64,000 nucleotides of DNA from positions 124,001-188,000 of IMG/VR virus record IMGVR_UViG_2162886007_000107. One strand, 5' to 3'. Shown here in pieces: positions 46,940-55,338 of the stretch. A program made the translations under genes and the position numbers. Positions within the stretch are counted from its first letter, which is position 1. Every line of letters starts with the position of its first letter. The notes beneath the pieces were generated by a model that saw only the letters and a program-made list of their open reading frames with translations, had not been told where the DNA came from and did not search any database.

Positions 46940-47259
46940 TGTGGCTGGTCTACTTGGCCAGCTTTGGGGTGGCGTTCTTGTCTGTGTTTCTCAAGGGGTT
47001 CCAGACCAAGAACGTTATTAAAGACCTAGAACGTTCAGCGTTCATTACAAGCTTCTTGCAAGGCGCCTCACAGATCCTCACAACCGCTTTAGTTGTATAC
47101 GCGGGGATCAACTCAGGTATTACGGCAAGTGTCTCTATGGCGCTTACAGCTGGTCTGGGTAGTGCCTTCGGAATTGTTGCATCAATGCGACTTCATAATT
47201 ACATCTTCAAAGAAGGAAAAGAAAAAGATGGAAAGTCAATACCTGCTGGAACTGAGTGA
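46939..47259 (+). CDS. small multi-pass membrane protein
   Basis: Three hydrophobic segments, Gly/Ser/Ala-rich. Confidence 0.7.
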   Translation: MWLVYLASFGVAFLSVFLKGFQTKNVIKDLERSAFITSFLQGASQILTTALVVYAGINSGITASVSMALTAGLGSAFGIVASMRLHNYIFKEGKEKDGKSIPAGTE

Positions 47260-47485
47260 ATTTATCTGGGGCTGTGGTAACGGGTTCCGTTGCCCTGATG
47301 CAATGAAGCGTGCTGAAGAAGCGGCTCGTCGTCTGCAAAAGAAATGCCGTGAGCAACGTCCACTGGTTTCGATCACCATCCTGAACCCACGTTGCTCGCT
47401 GAACAAGAAAGCCGAAGATATTCCGGCTACCATTCAGATTACCGACCTGGGCGATCAAATCCAATTGCCAGTGGAAGCGGTCTGA
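47228..47485 (+). CDS. hypothetical protein
   Basis: ATG 47228 (MESQYLL) after AAGGA. Confidence 0.6.
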   Translation: MESQYLLELSEFIWGCGNGFRCPDAMKRAEEAARRLQKKCREQRPLVSITILNPRCSLNKKAEDIPATIQITDLGDQIQLPVEAV

Positions 47486-47802
47486 TGTCTCGTTATCGTT
47501 TCTTCAAACATGGTAACGAATGGCGTTGCATTGAAAAGGGTAGCGACAAAGCTGAAAACATCACCACCTCCATTCTGGAATGTGTACTTGGTGTGGTCGG
47601 CGGTCCTGAAGTAATTGTAGTCTCCAAACAGCCAAATGGTGATACGTACCACATCAATATCAAGAACGGTTTCATTACCGCTGTCGATAAAGTGTGGGAG
47701 ACCAACCATTTGGTTGGCGGCGGTCACGGCGAAGGGTACTATCAAGTCACCGCGCTTGAACGTAAATCACAGACAGAGTTCTACATCGAGAACGGAGTTT
47801 AA
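47485..47802 (+). CDS. hypothetical protein
   Basis: TGATG coupling, ATG 47485 (MSRYRFF). Confidence 0.7.
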   Translation: MSRYRFFKHGNEWRCIEKGSDKAENITTSILECVLGVVGGPEVIVVSKQPNGDTYHINIKNGFITAVDKVWETNHLVGGGHGEGYYQVTALERKSQTEFYIENGV

Positions 47803-47805
47803 GTA

Positions 47806-48831
47806 ATGGAAGACAGATTCCAACATGATGTAGTGTGTCTCTACCACAAGAACTGCCTGGATGGTTTAGCGGCAGGTTGGGTGGTCTGGAGTTTCTTCGG
47901 TGGCTTCCTTGACATGGTTGCCATCCAGTATGGCGATGATTACGAAGCAATGTTTGGTGAGGGCTTCCAGAGCCTCGTGGGTAAAAAGGTCATCTGCGTT
48001 GATTTTGCATTTGATCTGAAAACCACCAAGTTTCTGAGTGAGATCTGTGATCTGTTGGTACTGGATCATCATGATACCGCTCAGCGTGATTTGGGCGAGA
48101 TCGCGTACAAGTCCTTTGTACAAGCTCGTAATGAGTTCACCCCACGTGGCTTAATGTACAACATTCCTAATGAGCCAAACATGACGGTGGTTGTTGATAA
48201 CCGTCATTCCGGTGCTCGTCTGGCCTGGGAATGGTTTTACGCCACTGCCCTTGTTCCTACACCGATCAAGTTTGTTGAAGACTACGATCTGTGGAAGTTC
48301 CACTATGCCAATACCAAGGCTTTTGTTGCAGCGGCTTTCAGCGGTGAAATGACCCCTGAACAGTTCAACAAGTATGTGTCCAATGATCCTGATGAACAAA
48401 GCAAGATCATTGACCGCATGGTCTTGGAAGGCAACGCCATCCAGCGCCATATCGACAAGACTGTTAAAGGTCTGTCGAGAAGCGCACGGCGCTTTAAGCT
48501 GGATGGCTACGACGTACCTATTGTCAATGGCAATTCCGTGTTCCGTAACGAACTGGGTGCGATCTTGGCAGTAGATGAGCCGTTCTCTGTGACGTACACC
48601 GATCACCGTGACGGACGGCAGTATTCACTGCGTAGCAAAAAGGATGGTTTGCATGTAGGTGACATTGCCAAGCGCTTCGGTGGCGGTGGTCATGCTAACA
48701 GTGCGGCTTTCCGTATCCACATGGATGATGACCAATTCCATAACTCTCATCTGGAACTCTCTTCTACTCGGCACGTCAAGAACGGCAACGAGTGGGTCGA
48801 AGTTCCACGTTATGCAAAGAAGGATAGTTAA
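47806..48831 (+). CDS. DHH-DHHA1 family phosphoesterase
   Basis: YHKNCLDG (motif I), VICVDF (II), LVLDHH (III), YSLRS and GGGGHANSAAF (DHHA1). Confidence 0.9.
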   Translation: MEDRFQHDVVCLYHKNCLDGLAAGWVVWSFFGGFLDMVAIQYGDDYEAMFGEGFQSLVGKKVICVDFAFDLKTTKFLSEICDLLVLDHHDTAQRDLGEIAYKSFVQARNEFTPRGLMYNIPNEPNMTVVVDNRHSGARLAWEWFYATALVPTPIKFVEDYDLWKFHYANTKAFVAAAFSGEMTPEQFNKYVSNDPDEQSKIIDRMVLEGNAIQRHIDKTVKGLSRSARRFKLDGYDVPIVNGNSVFRNELGAILAVDEPFSVTYTDHRDGRQYSLRSKKDGLHVGDIAKRFGGGGHANSAAFRIHMDDDQFHNSHLELSSTRHVKNGNEWVEVPRYAKKDS

Positions 48832-48833
48832 TA

Positions 48834-49298
48834 GTGAGAATGCGCTCCCCACGGTTAAATAAATCCTTGGAACTCGGGCGTAGTCGTATGCGAGAAGCCT
48901 TTGTTACGGAGGAAATGCAACTCCTTCGTACCAAGGCTTTTGAAAATCTGGAGACCCTCGGGTATTTTGACAAAGCCAACAAAGAGCTTCAAGGCTTTGA
49001 AGTAAGTATCCGTAATGAAATGTATGGGTTTGATAACCCTACTGCTCCAGAGTTCATCAAGATTCGCGTTACTACTACCCAAGAACCATACCCGATGTTT
49101 GTAATCACGCGCGACGTGAAAATTACTGGTAAACGCTTTGATCCAAACAAAGCACGCTTCCGGTTTTGCGCGGGTACCAAGAAGTGGTCGATCTTCAGCG
49201 AAAGCGCTGGGTATCCACTCCATGTGTCTGTTTACAAGAAAGTATTGGAAACTCTCGTTGCCCACGATAAGGCACCTGTCAGGAGACCTGTTAAATGA
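48834..49298 (+). CDS. hypothetical protein
   Basis: 154-aa ORF in a coupled operon. Confidence 0.7.
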   Translation: MRMRSPRLNKSLELGRSRMREAFVTEEMQLLRTKAFENLETLGYFDKANKELQGFEVSIRNEMYGFDNPTAPEFIKIRVTTTQEPYPMFVITRDVKITGKRFDPNKARFRFCAGTKKWSIFSESAGYPLHVSVYKKVLETLVAHDKAPVRRPVK

Positions 49299-49672
49299 CT
49301 TGCAATAACTGCGGCAATTGCAAATGTGAGCCACAACCAACCCAGTACGAACTCGCCATGAACAAAGCTGGCGACGTCCTGGAGTACGCTCTGGATCATG
49401 TGGACCATCCACAGTTCGATCGTATCAAGTACCCTAACCGTGTTTCGGTTGGTGGCTACTTCGCCGGTATCCACGAAGACGAGTTCTTCGGTCCCCGCAT
49501 TTATCTGTGGGAAAGCGACAAGCCTGATGAAGATCCGATCGTGTACATCAACCGTACTGCGATGGGTCTGCACAACGTGGATGCTACTCCTCCAATGATC
49601 ACCTCCAAGGAAATGAATGATCTGATGGCGCAGTTCAAAGACCTGCTCAACAAACACTTCTTCCAGGGGTGA
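49295..49672 (+). CDS. hypothetical protein with N-terminal CNNCGNCKC
   Basis: 125 aa, ATGA overlap. Confidence 0.75.
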   Translation: MTCNNCGNCKCEPQPTQYELAMNKAGDVLEYALDHVDHPQFDRIKYPNRVSVGGYFAGIHEDEFFGPRIYLWESDKPDEDPIVYINRTAMGLHNVDATPPMITSKEMNDLMAQFKDLLNKHFFQG

Positions 49673-49676
49673 TATC

Positions 49677-50396
49677 ATGAATCAGACTTCTCAAAACCTT
49701 TTTGATCGGATTGTTAACGTACTCGAATATGCCTGGGTAGCTGCTCCAGGTATGGTACAAAAGACTTCCGTTACTAGTGCTACTTTTGTTTTCAAGAAAG
49801 ATGGGGAATGGACGATCCACTATTACGAGTACCCGCTTGTTATTGGCGCGCCCTTGTTCAGCATTTCCAAGAACGGCCTTCAAGCTGACTTGAATACGAC
49901 TGACGCCATTGTCGAAAGTAAGCTTCGTAATTTGCTACATCTTCTGCGCACCGAATACGGTAACCCGTTACAAGCTAAAATGGTGACGATCGATAATTTC
50001 GAAGCCCGAGGTATGGTATTACCACCGGGGGTTGAAAGTTCTATCCAACCAAACGAAATTCTCAGTGCGGTAAGTGAGCTGTATCACCGGATGTTGGAAT
50101 CCCTTCGTGTTGCCAATGACTACTATGGCTTCACTGGTCGACTGGCTACTGTCAACGGAGTAATTGTAACTACTGGACAGAATCGTACTTATGGTAAGGA
50201 GTTCACTTTTGAATTTCCTGCCAAAGACGGGGTTCGATCATCCACGGTTAACCTCTATTCCACTGGGTTCACGTTCTACTCCGGTGAACAAAGAAACATA
50301 CCGGATTGTGAAGCCATGTTGGTTAACCTCCGTGTTATCAGTAAGGCGGTAATCGAATCCCTCACTCCATCCGGCATCAGCCATTTGGCTAGCTAA
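49677..50396 (+). CDS. hypothetical protein
   Basis: 239 aa. Confidence 0.75.
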   Translation: MNQTSQNLFDRIVNVLEYAWVAAPGMVQKTSVTSATFVFKKDGEWTIHYYEYPLVIGAPLFSISKNGLQADLNTTDAIVESKLRNLLHLLRTEYGNPLQAKMVTIDNFEARGMVLPPGVESSIQPNEILSAVSELYHRMLESLRVANDYYGFTGRLATVNGVIVTTGQNRTYGKEFTFEFPAKDGVRSSTVNLYSTGFTFYSGEQRNIPDCEAMLVNLRVISKAVIESLTPSGISHLAS

Positions 50397-50405
50397 GGAA
50401 TAAAC

Positions 50406-51089
50406 ATGAGTTCCATCCGTGACTGTATGACTATAGCTGCTGATGTGGTATCGGTCTACAAGAAAATTCTGGATGTCAGTATAGGGGACGTACCTATTGG
50501 TTGCGTTTACGTAGCTGATGGTATCTACGCTTCCGTGCTGACCGATACCGAGCCGTATCGTGTTGCGTTCTATGACTTTACTGTTTCTCACGAACCGTTC
50601 TTTATTGTAGGTGAAAAGACCTACGATCCTCGTGCAGATGGTAAGGATGGGGTTTACTTCTATCCTTTTGTTGTAGAAGCTCTGTATGCGTTCCTACGTC
50701 TGTTCGTTTCACGCGATCAGGTCAGGCCAGTACAGAACCCTGACATCTGGGATTGGGATCGTTCTCCACGAGTGTTGGTTGCATTCCACCACATGTGGCG
50801 TCTCATGAAGAAGAGTTATCCGAAAAGCCAGGAGATTACCACGCGCGCTGATTACTTCGTTAAAGGCGAGTCAAGCATGTGTGTCTGGATATGGAACGAC
50901 GAACTTCAAACGGTAACGGCCTTTTGGGGCGGTATTGATTTGAATGGTCAAACCCGCGGCTTGGGTATTACCTATGACGGTAAAGCTCTAAGCAATGTCC
51001 GTGCAGACTGGGGAATCCACCTTGACGGTAATGACACTTTGTTCTGTAAGGCTATTGCACATATCCCGTTCAATCCAGCGTTGCAGTAA
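50406..51089 (+). CDS. hypothetical protein
   Basis: 227 aa, AAGGA RBS. Confidence 0.75.
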   Translation: MSSIRDCMTIAADVVSVYKKILDVSIGDVPIGCVYVADGIYASVLTDTEPYRVAFYDFTVSHEPFFIVGEKTYDPRADGKDGVYFYPFVVEALYAFLRLFVSRDQVRPVQNPDIWDWDRSPRVLVAFHHMWRLMKKSYPKSQEITTRADYFVKGESSMCVWIWNDELQTVTAFWGGIDLNGQTRGLGITYDGKALSNVRADWGIHLDGNDTLFCKAIAHIPFNPALQ

Positions 51090-51105
51090 TTTGTAAATCG
51101 TATAG

Positions 51106-51152
51106 CCTACCAGGGGTAATTCCCTGGTAGGTACACCCTTCTTTATTTTTTT
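51106..51152 (+). terminator. intrinsic terminator
   Basis: CCTACCAGGG-GTAATT-CCCTGGTAGG, T-rich tail. Confidence 0.75.
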
Positions 51153-51167
51153 GTTCAAGGCCTCTTT

Positions 51168-51608
51168 ATGGATCGTGATTACAGCTACATACAGGTGTCT
51201 CTAAGAGACGATCTCGTACAGGACGTATATAGCCAGCTCATTGAGATTGGCGTTGCTCCTAACGACAAGTACGACCTCCACACAACCATCATGTTTGATG
51301 AGCGTGATCTGGTTGCTCCTTTCTGTGAATTGGAACCTAACAAGGAATTCGTTGCCAAGATCAACGGTATGGGTAAATTGGGGGATGCTTACGTATTCCA
51401 CCTTTATAGTCCGCAACTGCACGAGGCTTTTACCAAGCTTACTGAAGCCGGCTACGAGCATTCGTACGGTACTCCGTTGTGGCATCTGTCTTTGGCATAC
51501 AAGCTGGATGATTTCCAATACCTATCCATTGACCATGCATTTGCTCATTGGATGGGTCGTGAGATCGTGTTGCGCAATATGGCGTTTGGTTTTAAGAAGA
51601 ATAAGTGA
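51168..51608 (+). CDS. acb1: 2H phosphodiesterase, T4 gp57B / anti-CBASS Acb1-like
   Basis: Two HxT/S motifs: LHTTIMF (H38) and HSYGTPLWHLSLAY (H106), paralleling T4 57B IHSTICY and HDFDDYTPHITLSY as recalled; 146 aa. Confidence 0.7.
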   Translation: MDRDYSYIQVSLRDDLVQDVYSQLIEIGVAPNDKYDLHTTIMFDERDLVAPFCELEPNKEFVAKINGMGKLGDAYVFHLYSPQLHEAFTKLTEAGYEHSYGTPLWHLSLAYKLDDFQYLSIDHAFAHWMGREIVLRNMAFGFKKNK

Positions 51609-51617
51609 GGCTGGAAA

Positions 51618-51650
51618 TTTAACTTCTAGGATTAGACACGTCTATATTAC
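51618..51650 (+). promoter_or_regulatory. phiKZ-type early promoter
   Basis: TTTAACTTCT-N12-GTCTATATTAC, same boxes and spacing as 13293. Confidence 0.75.
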
Positions 51651-51717
51651 TCCCGTGTATGAATGACAAAGGTTTTTAATAATTGCCTTGTCTCAACTGA
51701 TAGCCGCGGGAGGCTCC

Positions 51718-52833
51718 ATGTTTCAAATAGACACGATCGTAGAAGCGGTAACCAAGCACTCCAAGGTCGAGGACGATCTGGCTGCGGCTATCGTTGGGTT
51801 CTATCTGCTGGACATCAAGTTCATTGCAGTAAACCAACGCAAGAAAGTTCTGGATGCGCTGAAAGAACGTTTGGGTAAAACCTGGACTATCAGCAAGATC
51901 CGTGGTGTCAATCCAAAGATCTTGGGTGATCTGCAATTGCCATCGAAAGAACAACCGGTAACTGGCGATAACGTCAGCCCGACTCACAAAGTCGAGGTCA
52001 CCCCAAATGCCGCTCTGCAATACGAGTGGCCAGAAGGGCAAGGTCCGACAGCCGTCCAACACCAAACCAACACCAACACCATTTCGCACTCCGAGGAAAC
52101 CAGCATGACCAACACCGCCATCACTCTGACCTCCGCCCCTGAAGTTATCCTGGCGCACGTCAAAGAAAACAAGAAGGCCATCAAGGCCCAGGTCGAAGAT
52201 TTCAAAGAGCTGGTCGAATCCGACAAGAAGCGCAGCAAGGCCGTCCACAAGTGGATCGAAGCCGACGAAGATCGTGAAGAAGCCTGGAAAGCTTTCAACG
52301 CTCACCTCGACGGCGCGATCAAGGACAAAGACACCCTGCTGATCACCTTCGTTCGTCTGAGCGAAAAGCCGAAGAAAGAATTCCGCAGCCTGGAAAAAGC
52401 CATGAAGTCCAAAGCGAAAGAAATCGCTGAAGCCTCGGGTGAAGGTCGCAAAGACGTCGCAACCAGCTTCGGCCTGGGCGCAATCGTCGGTGGTCTCGGC
52501 AACATGTTCATGAACGGTTTCACGCCTGGTGCGGCAGTGGGTACCGCAGTGGCCGCTGGCGGCTGCTACTACCTCGGCACCAAGATCGACGAGCAAGGCG
52601 ACGACGACGGCATCGACAAGCGCGCTGGCGCCTTCCTGCTGGGCGGTGGTCTGGGCTACGGCGGTGCAGCTCTCGGCCGCATGGCTGAAGTGCATGTCAT
52701 CGAACAATACGCCGAATGGTTCGGCGGCAAGGAAGACGGCGAAGTTTCCGACAGCGTGTCGGTAGTCATCCACAACAACAACCTTCCGGCCGATAGCACT
52801 CAGAACTCTCTGCGTGCTCTGGGTCTGATCTAA
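51718..52833 (+). CDS. early coiled-coil / glycine-zipper membrane protein; possible internal start at 52105
   Basis: GGAGG RBS + ATG 51718; second GAGGA + ATG 52105; two Gly-rich hydrophobic helices near the C-terminus. Confidence 0.75.
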   Translation: MFQIDTIVEAVTKHSKVEDDLAAAIVGFYLLDIKFIAVNQRKKVLDALKERLGKTWTISKIRGVNPKILGDLQLPSKEQPVTGDNVSPTHKVEVTPNAALQYEWPEGQGPTAVQHQTNTNTISHSEETSMTNTAITLTSAPEVILAHVKENKKAIKAQVEDFKELVESDKKRSKAVHKWIEADEDREEAWKAFNAHLDGAIKDKDTLLITFVRLSEKPKKEFRSLEKAMKSKAKEIAEASGEGRKDVATSFGLGAIVGGLGNMFMNGFTPGAAVGTAVAAGGCYYLGTKIDEQGDDDGIDKRAGAFLLGGGLGYGGAALGRMAEVHVIEQYAEWFGGKEDGEVSDSVSVVIHNNNLPADSTQNSLRALGLI

Positions 52834-52840
52834 CCAGGTA

Positions 52841-52887
52841 TAGCAGAGTACCCCGTGGGGTACTCTGCTAGCACCCTTTTCTTTTTT
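52841..52887 (+). terminator. intrinsic terminator
   Basis: TAGCAGAGTACCC-CGTG-GGGTACTCTGCTA then T-rich tail. Confidence 0.8.
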
Positions 52888-52903
52888 GCTGCGAGGTCTA
52901 TTT

Positions 52904-53113
52904 ATGCAACATGTCGTTTTTGCAGTTCTCACTGTTCTCGGTAGTGCAGCACCGCAAGCGCCACAAGTTACAACCTTCAGAACGGATGACTGTAAGGCAG
53001 GCATGGAACAAGTAGTTCGTAGCTACAGCCTGCAACAGTTTGTTCGTTCTTGGTCCGTTAAAAGCATGACTGCCGATAACGGTAAACTTCATTTGAAAGT
53101 CACTTGTAATTAG
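52904..53113 (+). CDS. small exported protein
   Basis: GAGG RBS; hydrophobic N-terminus; two Cys. Confidence 0.65.
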   Translation: MQHVVFAVLTVLGSAAPQAPQVTTFRTDDCKAGMEQVVRSYSLQQFVRSWSVKSMTADNGKLHLKVTCN

Positions 53114-53123
53114 AGGGTATCCA

Positions 53124-53774
53124 ATGGATCTGTTTAATGTTTTGACTGACGAGGATAAATGCAAATCCATCGTCAAGTACTTCATGCTCAACTTCCTGAA
53201 ACAACCGTTCAACTATCGCCAAACAATCGCGCACAACAAATACCAGTTGGTGTTGGAATATTCCTGCACGTCGCGCGGTCCTAACTACGTCGTCGAGATT
53301 CTCAAGATGACTAGCGGCATGTTCACGCCTGGTCAGTTCAGTCCTGCTACTCAGCAGCGCATGGGCTTCCGTTACTTCCAGGATCGCGATGGTGTTCTGT
53401 CTTTGGGTCATGCCGAATGGCCAGAAGTTCTCGACGTTCTGGAAGACTTCCTGGTTAAGCAGTGCTGTGTCGTAGGTCCTTTGCAAGAGATCATTGCAGA
53501 GAAGACCAAAGACGCTACAGAAGCATCACAAGAGATCATCATCGGTGATGCGACCCTCTACGGAACTGTCGAGTACAATTCCAAAGAAGGCTACAGTCTT
53601 TATCTTGCAGGCGGAGATCCTTCTCGTCCAAGTGAAAAGATCATCATGAAAAGCATGGATACCAGTAAAGACGGTGTGCAATCAGGACTTGTGCGCGGTA
53701 ACCTCAAGGAGCTGGCAGGGAAGATTTTCGATATCCATAAGGACATCTGTAAACAACCCAAACGCGTGGAGTAA
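53124..53774 (+). CDS. hypothetical protein
   Basis: 216 aa, GAGGG RBS. Confidence 0.8.
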   Translation: MDLFNVLTDEDKCKSIVKYFMLNFLKQPFNYRQTIAHNKYQLVLEYSCTSRGPNYVVEILKMTSGMFTPGQFSPATQQRMGFRYFQDRDGVLSLGHAEWPEVLDVLEDFLVKQCCVVGPLQEIIAEKTKDATEASQEIIIGDATLYGTVEYNSKEGYSLYLAGGDPSRPSEKIIMKSMDTSKDGVQSGLVRGNLKELAGKIFDIHKDICKQPKRVE

Positions 53775-53777
53775 ATC

Positions 53778-54080
53778 ATGCCAGAAAGATCTCAATCCTT
53801 TCGTCGCCCCTGGATCTTCAAATCAATCGACGAGCCAGACATTAACTACGTCTGGTTAGCCGAATACATGGCTCAGCACAACCTGACAATGGAAGTTGCT
53901 TTGGAACACCTTTCGCACAAAATGCGAGAGTTCCTGGAGAAGGGTAAGGAAGTCCTGGAGCAACTGGACGGTAGTAATCCAGACCTGCTCAAGAACTGCG
54001 AGGTCTTTGTTGGTAGTTATCAACACGCTGTAGACTTCTACAGTCCCATTCCGTTGGTGCCGATTATAAAGGAAGAGTAA
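53778..54080 (+). CDS. hypothetical protein, W-x-x-Y helical family
   Basis: WLAEYMAQHNLTMEVA. Confidence 0.8.
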   Translation: MPERSQSFRRPWIFKSIDEPDINYVWLAEYMAQHNLTMEVALEHLSHKMREFLEKGKEVLEQLDGSNPDLLKNCEVFVGSYQHAVDFYSPIPLVPIIKEE

Positions 54081-54508
54081 TGTCGGATAAAGACAACAGC
54101 CTAGGCTTAGACGACTTTGGTGAGGACCCTCTTACCAAGCCGGAATTTCTTCGCAAGAAGACTGGTCCTCGTCCAATGCCATGGCTGACGTGGGATAACC
54201 CCAAAGTAAACCCCATGTGGTTGGCCGAGTATATGCATCAACACGATCTCTCTTTAGAGGTGGCGATGGAGCATTGGGCTGTTCACATGGGGCGCTTCAT
54301 AAAGCAGCTTACTAAAACGGTAGAGCTGGTTGAAAGTAGCGACGATAAAACCGTTAACGCCATAAAGGTATTTATCAAAGACCACAAACAAGTCGATGGC
54401 TTTTATGGTGAAATGCCTTTGGTTAATGTTCTCGTTAAGGGTAGCGAATGTCCTGTCCCGTTGAAAAAGAGCTTGCTGCCAGGTTCGAAAAACTCTTCAG
54501 AGACTTAG
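54080..54508 (+). CDS. hypothetical protein, tandem paralog of 53778
   Basis: WLAEYMHQHDLSLEVA; similarity extends to FY..MPLV near the C-terminus. Confidence 0.8.
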   Translation: MSDKDNSLGLDDFGEDPLTKPEFLRKKTGPRPMPWLTWDNPKVNPMWLAEYMHQHDLSLEVAMEHWAVHMGRFIKQLTKTVELVESSDDKTVNAIKVFIKDHKQVDGFYGEMPLVNVLVKGSECPVPLKKSLLPGSKNSSET

Positions 54509-54777
54509 ACCCCAAAAAGGTCGAAGACTTGATGGAAGAGTTGATTGATCACTACACCTACGGGAAGTATGGGTTGTCTGTGATCAGTGAGGTACGCAAA
54601 GTTAAGAAGTTCCAATCTTGCGTATCTATTCAACCTGTTGCTGAAAAGGCGATCCTCGTAAGCCCCTACGGATTCGAGATCACTTCCGTAACCCAACATC
54701 CAAAAGGTGGGGTCCAAGTTATCATGAAGGAGACTACTCGGAACGAACACATCCGTGAACAAAGCAGTCGAGGTTGA
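54448..54777 (+). CDS. hypothetical protein
   Basis: 109 aa, overlaps the previous gene by 61 nt. Confidence 0.6.
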   Translation: MSCPVEKELAARFEKLFRDLDPKKVEDLMEELIDHYTYGKYGLSVISEVRKVKKFQSCVSIQPVAEKAILVSPYGFEITSVTQHPKGGVQVIMKETTRNEHIREQSSRG

Positions 54778-54789
54778 GAGCAAGAACTA

Positions 54790-54819
54790 CTCCCTACTCC
54801 CCGCTAAGGGAGTAGGGAG
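54790..54819 (+). terminator. intrinsic terminator (CCCTAC family)
   Basis: CTCCCTACTCCC-CGCTAA-GGGAGTAGGGAG. Confidence 0.8.
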
Positions 54820-54842
54820 GACTATTTGCTTTTAAAAGAAAC

Positions 54843-54860
54843 TCAAGCCTAAATTATTAC
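54843..54860 (+). promoter_or_regulatory. phage promoter candidate (AAATTATTAC, phiKZ middle-like)
   Basis: Fits the AAanntTAC consensus; near-copy at 8058. Confidence 0.6.
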
Positions 54861-54886
54861 GGTAAGAACATAACGGAATTTTAATA

Positions 54887-55327
54887 ATGACCATGAGTAA
54901 GCGGGACCAGTTATTCAATCAGGTGCTCGGTGATTTCAAAGAGTTTTTCAAAGTTCCTGTTCGTGATGGCATGGCTGACGCTCCTGTATTGAACGTTAGC
55001 AATAACAAGAAGTTTCCTAATCTTAACGGTCGTCATTTCCTGGCTGGTTATTCCACGCCCAATGATGTGAAGAACCGTGCAGAAGGCATTGCGTTTGTAG
55101 AGTACTTCCCTGACAGAATAGGGGTGCTCAATGTGCAGTGCATTATTCATATCTCTCCAACATCCGTACCGTCTGATGTATTAGGCTGTGAGGCAGGGGA
55201 AGATTCGGATCTTACCATTGGTGAGTGTGTGGAGTTATTCCGCATCCTGGGGGATTTCCTCACCAATTGGAAAATGGAACGTGAGTTCCTTACATCGGCA
55301 ATCCCTCCCACTACTACTAAACACTAA
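54887..55327 (+). CDS. hypothetical protein, LxG[RK]xF family
   Basis: PNLNGRHFLAG...GIAFVE. Confidence 0.75.
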   Translation: MTMSKRDQLFNQVLGDFKEFFKVPVRDGMADAPVLNVSNNKKFPNLNGRHFLAGYSTPNDVKNRAEGIAFVEYFPDRIGVLNVQCIIHISPTSVPSDVLGCEAGEDSDLTIGECVELFRILGDFLTNWKMEREFLTSAIPPTTTKH

Positions 55328-55338
55328 GAGAGTTAATC

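Noticed and set aside
46589-51089. Possible further paralog family (VLEYA in 49295 and 49677; similar alpha-beta layout in 46589 and 50406)
   Set aside because: The similarity is too short to support by eye and needs profile-profile alignment.
51676-53004. 442-aa antisense ORF over the glycine-zipper gene
   Set aside because: Same-register shadow of a codon-biased gene, and it crosses a terminator.
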